A stretch of DNA of 32,000 bases from an uncultured Planctomycetia bacterium (GTDB lineage Bacteria; Omnitrophota; Gorgyraeia; Duberdicusellales; 4484-171). Below the pieces are notes generated by a model, which saw only the letters and a program-made list of their open reading frames with translations, was not told the origin of the DNA and did no database searches. This document shows, piece after piece, positions 6,545-15,302 of the stretch. A program made the position numbers and the translations under genes. Positions within the stretch are counted from its first letter, which is position 1, and every line of letters begins with the position of its first letter. The stretch spans positions 213,555-245,554 of the forward strand of contig CAZHYN010000001.1 in the NCBI GenBank assembly GCA_964536865.1, in the 5' to 3' direction.

Positions 6545-7897
6545 ATGAAAAAAGAAGTCATTTTAATTTTTACGATAATGTTTAGTATATTATTTTTAAA
6601 CCTTTTTGTTTTTGCTCAGGAAGGGAGGATTTCTTCCTTAAAGTTTAGAGATGCTGATATTCGGGTGGTTCTTCAGGCGATTACCCAGAAAGCAGTAAAG
6701 AATGGGGTTAAAGTAAACATTATTATCTCCCCTCAAGTAAAAGGCCCGGTTACAGTTGACCTAGAGAATGTAGATTGGCAAACTGCTTTAGATGCAGTAT
6801 TGAAAACCTATGACTATGGATACGAGTGGGTAGGCAAGAACATAATTCTAGTAGATACTTTGGATAATTTAGCTAAAAGAAGAAAGAAAGTTCAGGAGGC
6901 TCAGGTTGCCGAACCCTTAGCTACCAGAGTTTTTACTCTTAATTTTGCTAAGGTTGAGGAGATAAAGGATACTCTGGAGAAATTATTAACTCCTAAAGGT
7001 AAGTTAACTTATGATAAAAGAACAAATACTTTGGTGGTAACTGATACCCAGTCTAGCTTTTACGCCTTAGAAGAGACCATTAAGGCTTTAGATGAAATAA
7101 CTCCTCAGGTTTTAATTGAGGCAAAGATTTTAGAAACCGATTTAGATGTTACTAACAAGTTAGGGATAAACTGGAACATTCAAGGTACTATCTCAGGAAG
7201 TAAACGGGTTCACACCTGGCCCTTTACTAAGCATTCAGAGAATAAATATTTAAGGGGAGATGATATTCCTAGCGTTTCCAGTGTACACTCAACCCTTTCT
7301 GATGTATTTGCTTTCGGTACTTTAGATACTTCTTCATTGTCGGCAGTATTAGAGATTATTTTTAATGATACCAGTACTAAAATACTGTCTACACCCAAAA
7401 TTACTACCATGGATAACCATACCGCTACTATTGATGTTATAACCGAAGACCCTGTACCTAATTATACTTATAACTCTGAAAGAGGAAGCTGGGAGATATC
7501 TGGTTACGAATGGGTAAAGTATGGGGTATCTTTAGAGGTGACCCCTCAGATAAATAAAGAAGGATTCGTTACTTTAGCGATAAAACCCAGGGTGAGTGAG
7601 AATCTTGGTGATAAAGAGTTTACTTCTTCTTCTGGAGCTGTGGCTCAGATACCTAGGCTTTACACTCAGACCACTTCCACGAGAGTAATGATAAAAGATG
7701 GAGAGACTTTAGTAATTGGAGGATTGGTCAGAGATAAAGTAGTAGATACTGTTAACAAAATTCCCCTCTTAGGGGATATTCCTATTCTTGGGTATTTCTT
7801 TAAACACAGAAGTAAAACCACAGAGAAAAAGAATCTTTTGATCTTTATTACTCCCAGGATAGTTACTCCTCAGAAAGAGACAGCCAGTGCTAAATAA
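6545..7897 (+). CDS. pilQ: Secretin (PilQ/MshL/GspD family), compact form
   Basis: Signal peptide, and an N0-like domain (FRDADIRVVLQAI...VTVDLENVDWQTALDAVL). The secretin C-domain shows STPKITTMDNHTATI, GETLVIGGL and IPLLGDIPILGYFFKHRSK...LLIFITPRIV. Only 450 aa, with no AMIN domains evident. Confidence 0.9.
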   Translation: MKKEVILIFTIMFSILFLNLFVFAQEGRISSLKFRDADIRVVLQAITQKAVKNGVKVNIIISPQVKGPVTVDLENVDWQTALDAVLKTYDYGYEWVGKNIILVDTLDNLAKRRKKVQEAQVAEPLATRVFTLNFAKVEEIKDTLEKLLTPKGKLTYDKRTNTLVVTDTQSSFYALEETIKALDEITPQVLIEAKILETDLDVTNKLGINWNIQGTISGSKRVHTWPFTKHSENKYLRGDDIPSVSSVHSTLSDVFAFGTLDTSSLSAVLEIIFNDTSTKILSTPKITTMDNHTATIDVITEDPVPNYTYNSERGSWEISGYEWVKYGVSLEVTPQINKEGFVTLAIKPRVSENLGDKEFTSSSGAVAQIPRLYTQTTSTRVMIKDGETLVIGGLVRDKVVDTVNKIPLLGDIPILGYFFKHRSKTTEKKNLLIFITPRIVTPQKETASAK

Positions 7898-7903
7898 GAT
7901 ATT

Positions 7904-8701
7904 ATGTATCTTGATTTCTATGGCTTAAAGCAGGTCCCTTTCAGTATTACTTCTGATCCTCAATTTTTCTTTGAGAGTTCTTCTCATCGAGAAGCTTTAG
8001 CTACTCTCCTTTATGGAATAAGAGAGAAGAAAGGGATAATTTTAATTACAGGAGAGGTAGGAACAGGCAAAACCACTCTTTGTAAGGCTCTTCTTGATAA
8101 GTTAGATCATAATATAAAAACTTCTTTGATTTTAAATCCTTTCTTCAGCTCTGTGCAACTCATTCAGGCTATAATTGAGGATTTCGGTATACATCCGGAT
8201 AAGAAAAGTAAGTTAGCTCTTATAAATAATTTAAATAGTTTTCTTATAGATATTACTCTTAAAGGAGGAGGGGCGGTTGTTATAGTTGATGAGGCTCAAA
8301 ATTTAACTCCCAATCAGCTTGAGCAAATAAGACTACTTTCTAATTTAGAGACATCTAAAGAAAAACTTTTACAGATAGTTTTGGTAGGTCAACCTGAGAT
8401 TATAGAAAAACTTAACCAGCCTCGGTTAAGACAGATACGTCAGAGGATTTTTGTAAAGTATAGTCTTTCTCCTTTAAGAGAGGAAGAGATAGCTGAGTAC
8501 GTAAATTTTAGACTCAAAAAAGCAGGGCAGGCAGATGTTAAAATTTTACCCCAAAGTTATAAAATTATCTATCAGTTCTCAAAAGGAATCCCCCGGCTTA
8601 TCAATATCCTCTGTGATAGAGCCTTGCTTTTCGGATTTGCTAAAGAAAAAAAAGTCCTAGATGAAGAGGTGTTCAGAATCTGTGTAGAGGAGCTTATATG
8701 A
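7904..8701 (+). CDS. ExeA/GspA/MshM-family AAA ATPase
   Basis: N-terminus YLDFYGLKQVPF, Walker A GEVGTGKTT and Walker B VVIVDEAQNL, with the typical ExeA-like length of 265 aa, directly after the secretin. Confidence 0.8.
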   Translation: MYLDFYGLKQVPFSITSDPQFFFESSSHREALATLLYGIREKKGIILITGEVGTGKTTLCKALLDKLDHNIKTSLILNPFFSSVQLIQAIIEDFGIHPDKKSKLALINNLNSFLIDITLKGGGAVVIVDEAQNLTPNQLEQIRLLSNLETSKEKLLQIVLVGQPEIIEKLNQPRLRQIRQRIFVKYSLSPLREEEIAEYVNFRLKKAGQADVKILPQSYKIIYQFSKGIPRLINILCDRALLFGFAKEKKVLDEEVFRICVEELI

Positions 8702-9114
8702 GTATAATCTATGATGCTTTAAAAAAAATAGAAAAGAAGCACTTCCAGAGTTCTCCTGTAAAGTTCAAAAAAAAGTTAGTTATTTTTCTCTCTGGTTTGG
8801 GTGTTGTATGTTTAGTTTTCCTAGCAGTTTATTTAAAGATTAATCATTCTAAATTGACTAAGGATTCTGTAAAAAAAATGACAAATAGTAAAACAGTTCT
8901 TTCTAGGAAAATTTCCCAAAAAAGAAAAAGGCAGGAGAAAACTTATATTCTGGAAGGTATTATCTATGATGAAAAGGCCCCTCTAGCGATGATTAATGGG
9001 AGGATGGTAAAAGAAAAGGATAAGATAGGTAACTTAGAAGTAATGGAAATCTCTCCAAATTCTGTGAAATTACTTAACTTAGAAGATAAAACTATTTTTA
9101 CCCTTTCTTTTTAA
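8698..9114 (+). CDS. GspB/ExeB-like protein
   Basis: N-terminus MSIIYDALKKIEKK (GspB-type MSxIxDALKK motif), one TM helix, and a C-terminal LEGIIYDEKAPLAMINGRMVKEKDKIG..V..I..NSVKL domain. A 4-nt overlap links it to the ExeA-like gene. Confidence 0.55.
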   Translation: MSIIYDALKKIEKKHFQSSPVKFKKKLVIFLSGLGVVCLVFLAVYLKINHSKLTKDSVKKMTNSKTVLSRKISQKRKRQEKTYILEGIIYDEKAPLAMINGRMVKEKDKIGNLEVMEISPNSVKLLNLEDKTIFTLSF

Positions 9115-9168
9115 TTCAAATCTTAGAATTTTACCTTCTCATTCCTCAAATAATTTTTGATTTATGTA

Positions 9169-9197
9169 TTGACTTTTTTTCTTGGTAATAGTAAAAT
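9169..9197 (+). promoter_or_regulatory. Candidate sigma70 promoter of the ligase-to-barrel operon
   Basis: TTGACT (9169-9174), 17-nt spacer, TAAAAT (9192-9197). It is overlapped by the perfect palindrome AGTAAAATTTTACT (9190-9203). Confidence 0.45.
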
Positions 9198-9293
9198 TTT
9201 ACTAATTAAATTTTACTATTTTATGGTTAAGATATATAACAATATATAAGAGAGGTAAATCTTCATGAAAATGACTGGGGAGGTGTCTAAGAG

Positions 9294-10826
9294 TTGAATA
9301 TTCACCAAGCTCTGATAGAGCAGGCAAGAGATTATCCTCAAAAGCCTGCCATTATTTTCAAAGATGAGAAGATAAATTTCTGTCAGTTGAAGGATAACTC
9401 TTTTAAGGTAGCGAACTATCTTCGTAGTTTAGGCATAGAAAGTAATAAAAAAGTTGCTATTTTTCTTCCTAATGCCCTTGAAGCAGTCTATAGTTATCTT
9501 GGTGTTTTAATCCTTGGTGCAGTTTTGGTTCCCTTCGATTTTATGCTTACTGAGGAGGAGTTAATTCATCTTATTAACCATGCTGAGGCAGAAATTTTAA
9601 TTACCCAGATTAAAAAGGATATAGATTTAAAAAATGTGAAAAAGAGTTGCCCTAACCTAAAAAGAATAATTCTTTGTAAAGAAAAAATAGATGGGTTTTA
9701 CCTCTGGCAAGATATCTTAAAAAAATCTTCTTCCAAAGAGCCCCCTTTTTTTTATGAACCTGCCCAAACCGCCTGTATTCTGTATACATCTGGCTCAACC
9801 GGACACCCTAAGGGAGTAGAACTTACCTTTAATCATTTAAATGTTCCTCTAAAGACTGTAGATTATTTTTTAAAACTTTCTTCCTCAGATATACTTCTCT
9901 GTGGAGGAGTCCCCTTTTCTCACTTAGGAGGGCTGGATTATATACTTGTTATGGTTGCAAGAGCCTCTACCCTTATTTTAATGGAAAGGTTTAAGCCTTA
10001 TCAATTTCTTTTAAATGCACAAGAATATAAAGTTACTGCTTTCTGGGTTGTTCCTTCTATGTATACAGCAATTTTATCTTTAAAAGAATATGAGAAATTT
10101 AATTTACCTCATCTAAGGTATGCAGTTGTCTTTGGCGCATCCTCTTCTCCTCATCTTTTAAAAAAATTTCACAGAATTGCACCAAATGCTTTTCTTTTAA
10201 ATGGATGGGGAATGACCGAGACCTCAGCTCCTAACTGTGTTGTGCCTCCCGGGATAGATAAAATTGAAAGTATAGGAAAGTTTTTTAATATGGAGGCAAA
10301 AATAGTTGATGAGGAAGGAAGGGCGTTAGGAGCTAATGAGAAAGGTGAGTTATGGGTAAGGGGTGAAGGGGTTATGAAAGGATATTTTAAAGAACCTCTT
10401 CTTACTCAAGAAGTTTTAACTTGCGATGGATGGCTTAAGACAGGAGATATTGCTTATTATGATAGCCAAGGCTTTTTTTATATTGTGGGAAGGAAAAAAG
10501 ATATGATTAAAGTAGGAGGGGAAGTTGTTTTTTCCTCTGAGGTGGAAGAAAAGATTTTGCTTCATCCTGAAGTAAAAGAGGCAGCAGTAATCGGGGTTCC
10601 TGATAGATTAAGGGGTGAGGTTCCCAAAGCATTTGTTGTATTAAAAAAGAATGAGAAATTGCCTCAAGCAGAATTAAAAGAATTTTTAAAAAAACATTTA
10701 GCCCATTTTAAAATCCCTCATTATATTGAATTCAGAAAAAAGCTTCCTAAGACACGTTCAGGTAAAATTGATAAAAAAAGACTAAAAGATGAAGAAAGTT
10801 CATCTCACACCAGAAATTATCTTTAA
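9294..10826 (+). CDS. AMP-dependent synthetase/ligase (acyl-CoA synthetase family)
   Basis: AMP-binding signature YTSGSTGHPKGV, GWGMTE, and WLKTGDIAYYD..GFFYIVGRKKDMIKVGGE, ending in a SGKIDKKRL-type C-terminus. TTG start with SD GGGGAGGTG 8 nt upstream. Confidence 0.85.
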   Translation: MNIHQALIEQARDYPQKPAIIFKDEKINFCQLKDNSFKVANYLRSLGIESNKKVAIFLPNALEAVYSYLGVLILGAVLVPFDFMLTEEELIHLINHAEAEILITQIKKDIDLKNVKKSCPNLKRIILCKEKIDGFYLWQDILKKSSSKEPPFFYEPAQTACILYTSGSTGHPKGVELTFNHLNVPLKTVDYFLKLSSSDILLCGGVPFSHLGGLDYILVMVARASTLILMERFKPYQFLLNAQEYKVTAFWVVPSMYTAILSLKEYEKFNLPHLRYAVVFGASSSPHLLKKFHRIAPNAFLLNGWGMTETSAPNCVVPPGIDKIESIGKFFNMEAKIVDEEGRALGANEKGELWVRGEGVMKGYFKEPLLTQEVLTCDGWLKTGDIAYYDSQGFFYIVGRKKDMIKVGGEVVFSSEVEEKILLHPEVKEAAVIGVPDRLRGEVPKAFVVLKKNEKLPQAELKEFLKKHLAHFKIPHYIEFRKKLPKTRSGKIDKKRLKDEESSSHTRNYL

Positions 10827-11496
10827 ACTTTATAATATAAAGAAACCTGAAAAGATAGACTTTGCTTTTAGTTTTGATTATAAAAACTTGGCTTTAAAAT
10901 CCTTGACTTGTTTTAAAAATCCTGAAAAAATTATAAATTTCTCTGGATTGGTCTTCTGGCAGGCAGATTATAAAGATAAAAAAATTATTATCTCTTATGG
11001 AGGAAGTTACGCTCCTGATACCGCTATAGGAACTGAACTTTTATGTTTTTTGGAAGCAGGAAAGATTTTACGTATCGGTTTATGTGGAGGATTAAAAAAG
11101 GAGATGGAAATAGGAGATTTAATTGTTGCTGATTCTATTTTAGATTATACAGGAGTTACTAAGTTTTATCCGGCAAAATTAAAAATTAGCTTTTCATTAA
11201 ACGAGAGAATAAAAAAGATTTTTAAAGAATATAAAATTTATTGTGGAAAAGTCTGCTCTACCGATGCTTTATTTAGAGAGACAAAAGATTTTATAAAAAA
11301 AATAAAAGATAAAAGTTGTATAGCGATTGAGATGGCATTATCAAGTTTTTTTAAAGTAGCTAGTTTCTATAAGAAAGAAGCAAGTTCTCTTTTGGTGATA
11401 AGTGATAATTTAATTACACAAAATTTAGGATTTAGAGAAAAAAAACTTTTTGAAAGATTAAATATAGTTATAAAAAAGATACCCCAGTTTCTATGA
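10789..11496 (+). CDS. PNP/UDP-family (nucleoside phosphorylase / nucleosidase-like) protein
   Basis: The pattern IISYGGSYAPDTAIGTELL...ILRIGLCGGL...IGDLIVADSIL and IEMALSSFFKVA...LLVISDN mirrors the Pfs/MtnN/PNP_UDP_1 core (G-x-G..., GxAGGL, EME, SD). Start uncertain because of a 38-nt overlap with the ligase. Confidence 0.55.
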   Translation: MKKVHLTPEIIFKLYNIKKPEKIDFAFSFDYKNLALKSLTCFKNPEKIINFSGLVFWQADYKDKKIIISYGGSYAPDTAIGTELLCFLEAGKILRIGLCGGLKKEMEIGDLIVADSILDYTGVTKFYPAKLKISFSLNERIKKIFKEYKIYCGKVCSTDALFRETKDFIKKIKDKSCIAIEMALSSFFKVASFYKKEASSLLVISDNLITQNLGFREKKLFERLNIVIKKIPQFL

Positions 11497-12068
11497 GTTT
11501 TAAGAAAGAAAAAGACCAGATAATTTTTTGGGCTCACCAGCTTTATGAGAAGAATTTAACAAAAGCTAAAAGTGGAAATATTTCTTTAAAAGTAGAAAAA
11601 GACAAAATTCTTATTACTGCTCATGATACTTTTTTAGGATATTTAGAAAAACAGGATATTATTTTGATGGATTTGGAGGGAAATATTTTAGAAGGAGAAA
11701 AAGAGGTAACCAGTGAGAAACCAGTTCATTTAAGTATTCATAAAAAATTTCCTCAAAAAAAAGCAGTGCTTCATGCCCATCCTTCCTTTGCGGTAGCCTT
11801 TTTTCATTATTTTAAAAAATTAGATAATATTTTTTTGGAAAGCAAATACTATTTAAAAAATATAAAAGTTATTACTCAAAAGACAATTAATATTACAAAA
11901 ATTGGCCCGGTTTTATCTGCTTTAGCTGAATCCAGTATAGTGATGATAAAAGACCATGGGGTAATTAGTATAGGAGATAATTTCAAGGAAGCTTTTGGTT
12001 TGATAGAGTTACTTGAGGAGCAGGCAAAAATAAATTTTTTTATGAAATTGCTAAATAAAGATGGATAA
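11493..12068 (+). CDS. Class II aldolase/adducin-domain protein
   Basis: SGNISLKV...ILITAHDT, SEKPVHLSIHK and AVLHAHPSFAVAF match the class II aldolase family pattern (SGN-S, metal-binding His cluster). Length is 191 aa. Confidence 0.7.
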   Translation: MSFKKEKDQIIFWAHQLYEKNLTKAKSGNISLKVEKDKILITAHDTFLGYLEKQDIILMDLEGNILEGEKEVTSEKPVHLSIHKKFPQKKAVLHAHPSFAVAFFHYFKKLDNIFLESKYYLKNIKVITQKTINITKIGPVLSALAESSIVMIKDHGVISIGDNFKEAFGLIELLEEQAKINFFMKLLNKDG

Positions 12069-14409
12069 AGAGTCTCGCGTTTTTAAATTAGCACGCACAA
12101 TTATTCACTTAAGAATTTATGTCATACTTTCAGGAATAATTATCTCTCTTTTTTTCATTAATGTTTTAAAAGATATAAAAATTGAGACTCATCTTGAAGA
12201 TTTCTTACCACAAAGACATCCTTTTATTAAAGTTCAGTATAGATTGACCCAGATTTTTGGAGGGCTTAATCAGGTCAGTATTGCTTTAAAGACAAAAAAA
12301 GGAGATATCTTTAATAAAGATTTTTTGGAAAAAGTTATCTTTTTAACCGAGGACCTTTATCTTTTAGAAGATGTAAATCCTTCAAGAGTTATTTCTTTAG
12401 CTTCCCGACATATAAAACATGTAACCGCAAATGAGGAAGGTTTTTTTGTAGAAAGGCTTTTAAGAGATGTTCCCTCAAAAGATAAGATAGAAGAGCTTAA
12501 AGAAAGAATTTTAAATAACCCCAATATTTATGGAAAGATAGTATCCAAAGACTTAAAAAGCACATTGATTCAGGTAGATTTTACATCTTCCGCAAGCACC
12601 TCCTATATCTTTAATACTTTGATGAAACTGAAAAAGAAATATGAGGATGAAAACACAAAGATTTATATCGCCGGACGAGCTATCTTAGAGGGCTGGCTTA
12701 ATTTTTATCTTCCTCAAATGTTTAAAATTTTAATCATCAGTTTCCTGGTAATTGGTTTTATTCTTTATCTTACTTTTCGCTCAAAAAGAGGGGTGATTCT
12801 GCCTCTATTAGATTCTTCTATGGCGACAATCTGGGGAATGGGAGCGATGAAGCTTTTAGGGTTAAGACTTGATCCTTCCACAATTTTAGTTCCTTTTATC
12901 GTTCTTTCCTTAGGGATTAGCCATTCTGTTCATACTTTAAAGCGTTATTATGAGGAGATGAGGAATCCCAAAATGAAAAGTAAACATGCAATTATAAATA
13001 CGATAGCACATTTGTTTATTCCTGGGTTAGCATCTTGTCTAACTGATGGATTTGGATTTTTATCTTTGCTTTTAGTTCCTCTTCCCACAATAAAGAGTAT
13101 GGCTTTAGCCAGTGGTTTAGGTATACTGGCTAATTTTTTAACCTCATTTATGTTTACTCCTGCCCTTTTATCTTTTATGAAGAGACCTAAAATCTTAGAG
13201 ATAGAGAAAGAAGAAAGACATAAATGGGTAGATAAGTATCTTAAACAATTAAGTATATTTTCCTTAAATAAAAAAGCAGGAACAATTGTAGTAAGTGTAT
13301 TTATTATTTTGTGTTTATTCTCATTTTTAGGGATAGGAAAGATAACTGTAGGAGAAAATACTTCCGGCACAAGTTATTTATATCCAGAAAGCCCTTTTAA
13401 CAAAGCAGAAAGATTTATTAACAAAAACTTTGGGGGGACAAATACTTATTATATTCTTGCAGAATCAGAAGATAGCCTTCTTAAGGTTAGTAAATTAAAA
13501 GCAATACAGGAACTTCAGGGTTTTATTTTAAAAAATGTCTCCTCCTGTGGTTCAGCAAGCTCTTTTGTAGATGCAATTAAGGCTCTTAATATGTTTATGT
13601 TTGGTGGAAAAAGAAGTTATTTTAAGCTGCCTCTACAGGATAAATTAGTTTATCAATATTGGTTTTTATATACGATGAGTGGATTTCCTTCAGACTATGG
13701 CCATCTTATCTCAAAAGATAAGCGTTTTGCTAATATAAAATTTGATTTTAAGAATCATAAAACTTCCACAGTAGAGGAGGCAGTAAGAAAAACAGAGGAA
13801 TTTTTAAAACTTCATGAGTTTAAAGATATTAAATTCAGTTATGCGGGAGGAGATATCGGAATTAGTTTTGCTGTAAATGAGATTATAAAAAAGACGATTC
13901 TTCCCAACATACTTTTTATCTCCTTTTTAATCTTTCTATATGTAAGCTTTGTTTATAAATCTTTTACCTCAGCAGGAATTTTACTCATTCCTCTTCTTAT
14001 AAGCAATATTGTTGTTTTCTCTTTATTTGGATTTCTTAAAACATCCCTTACTACTGAGACTTTGCCTTTGGCTTCTTTAAGTGAAGGATTAGGGATAAAT
14101 TATGGGATTTATATACTTTCTCGGTTATATGAAGAGATAAAAAAGAAAAAAAAGACTTATAGAAAAATCCTTTATGATACTCTTACAAGCAGCGGAAAAG
14201 CAGTTTTTTTCAGTGGAGTTATAGTTTCTTTGGGAATTTTTGTCTGGATATTTTCCCCTATACGTTTTCAGGCACATTTAGGAATGAACTTATGCTTGGC
14301 TTTAATTTTAAATATGTTGATTTCTTTAATTATGATTCCGGTGATGATTTGGTGGATAAAACCAAGATTTCTTTTTAGAGGAATTAAGGGAAGATTAAAG
14401 AGGAGGTGA
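12061..14409 (+). CDS. RND-superfamily exporter, MMPL/COG1033-like (HpnN/MmpL-type architecture)
   Basis: 782 aa with an internally duplicated 1+5 TM layout and two roughly 190-aa extracytoplasmic loops, as judged by eye from hydrophobic segments. The SLGISHSVHTL / SEGLGINYGIYIL helices are typical of MMPL-type RND proteins. Confidence 0.7.
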   Translation: MDKESRVFKLARTIIHLRIYVILSGIIISLFFINVLKDIKIETHLEDFLPQRHPFIKVQYRLTQIFGGLNQVSIALKTKKGDIFNKDFLEKVIFLTEDLYLLEDVNPSRVISLASRHIKHVTANEEGFFVERLLRDVPSKDKIEELKERILNNPNIYGKIVSKDLKSTLIQVDFTSSASTSYIFNTLMKLKKKYEDENTKIYIAGRAILEGWLNFYLPQMFKILIISFLVIGFILYLTFRSKRGVILPLLDSSMATIWGMGAMKLLGLRLDPSTILVPFIVLSLGISHSVHTLKRYYEEMRNPKMKSKHAIINTIAHLFIPGLASCLTDGFGFLSLLLVPLPTIKSMALASGLGILANFLTSFMFTPALLSFMKRPKILEIEKEERHKWVDKYLKQLSIFSLNKKAGTIVVSVFIILCLFSFLGIGKITVGENTSGTSYLYPESPFNKAERFINKNFGGTNTYYILAESEDSLLKVSKLKAIQELQGFILKNVSSCGSASSFVDAIKALNMFMFGGKRSYFKLPLQDKLVYQYWFLYTMSGFPSDYGHLISKDKRFANIKFDFKNHKTSTVEEAVRKTEEFLKLHEFKDIKFSYAGGDIGISFAVNEIIKKTILPNILFISFLIFLYVSFVYKSFTSAGILLIPLLISNIVVFSLFGFLKTSLTTETLPLASLSEGLGINYGIYILSRLYEEIKKKKKTYRKILYDTLTSSGKAVFFSGVIVSLGIFVWIFSPIRFQAHLGMNLCLALILNMLISLIMIPVMIWWIKPRFLFRGIKGRLKRR

Positions 14410-14411
14410 AG

Positions 14412-15281
14412 ATGCGATTTTTTTTAACTCTTTTATTTTTTTGGAATATAGCTGGATTCGCACAAACACTTGAAATAGGAAAACTCTATCATTTAAAAGA
14501 AGGAATGAGTGCGGATGAGATTATGAGAATTGTGTATCATAATAAATATTCTTTGTTTTGTAAAGATATTACTTTTAAGGGGGAAGTGATTTATGTTGAT
14601 TCTCCCACATTGATGCGCAAAAGAAAATATATAAAACATAGAATAATTTTAGGCAAAGATGATTTCTCTTATAAAGAATTAACTGCAATTACTTATCCTA
14701 CAGAGGTAAAGGGGCTGGCAATTCTTGTCTGGAGTTATCTTTCGCCCCAAAAAGATCAGCAAGTCTGGCTGTGGCTTCCTACTTTAAAAAAGGTGAGGAA
14801 AATTTCTGCCTCCCAGGACGACGATGCTTTTATGGGTTCAGATTTTACAGTTGAGGAGGTCTCAACCCGCCGATTTGAAGATGAAACTTATAGATTAATT
14901 GGGGAAAAGCTTTTCTCCGGTTATAAATTCAAATATAAAGATGAGATTTTATTTAAAGGAAGAGATTGTTTTGTGATTGAGGCTCATCCTAAAAAAGCAC
15001 ACTGGTATTATGATAAAAGGATAATTTGGGTAGATAAAAAGACAGGAGGACACATTTATGAAGAGTATTTTGATAAGAAAGGAAGATTATTTAAAAAAAT
15101 TTTCAGAAATTGGAAACTTATAAAAGTGAGCGATAAACTTTATCCTACCCAGATTGCTTTAGAGGCGGAGGATTTACGCACCCATCATCGCACAGTAATT
15201 TTAATGAAGGATATAAAATATGACCAGGATTTATTGGAAAGTTTATTTACAGTTAAGACTTTGATGAGGTCAAGATGGTAA
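14412..15281 (+). CDS. LolA-like outer-membrane lipoprotein-sorting family protein (periplasmic)
   Basis: Signal peptide MRFFLTLLFFWNIAGFAQ. The motif QVWLWLPTLKKVRKISASQDDDAFMGSDFTVEEV matches the LolA_like family signature (...LP.l.rvrri...sFmGSDF..eD). ATG 14412 is preferred over GTG 14406 because the SD AGGAGG abuts 14406. Confidence 0.65.
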   Translation: MRFFLTLLFFWNIAGFAQTLEIGKLYHLKEGMSADEIMRIVYHNKYSLFCKDITFKGEVIYVDSPTLMRKRKYIKHRIILGKDDFSYKELTAITYPTEVKGLAILVWSYLSPQKDQQVWLWLPTLKKVRKISASQDDDAFMGSDFTVEEVSTRRFEDETYRLIGEKLFSGYKFKYKDEILFKGRDCFVIEAHPKKAHWYYDKRIIWVDKKTGGHIYEEYFDKKGRLFKKIFRNWKLIKVSDKLYPTQIALEAEDLRTHHRTVILMKDIKYDQDLLESLFTVKTLMRSRW

Positions 15282-15302
15282 AAAAGAGGAGGTGAGAAAA
15301 AA

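Noticed and set aside
12948-13370. 140-aa minus-strand ORF inside the RND/MMPL gene. Similar antisense ORFs lie at 1844-2047, 2083-2301, 2753-3025, 5726-5932, 7210-7410, 15743-15961, 16512-16739, 19548-19982 and 20228-20422, plus + strand 28943-29128 inside ispH.
   Set aside because: All are embedded antisense to, or out of frame with, long ORFs that carry clear family motifs. They have no SD or recognisable domains, and AT-rich genomes readily yield such shadow ORFs.
10789-14409. Reading the phosphorylase-like + RND pair as hopanoid genes (HpnG + HpnN), with ispH and the B12 radical SAM elsewhere in the window as supporting members. An alternative reading takes phosphorylase + class II aldolase as methionine salvage (MtnN/MtnP + MtnB).
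   Set aside because: No squalene-hopene cyclase, squalene synthase or HpnH-type gene is visible, and ispH and the radical SAM gene are more than 8 kb away in other transcription units. No MtnA/MtnK/MtnC-D partners are present. The family-level similarity is too generic, so I kept it only as a precedent for lipid export.
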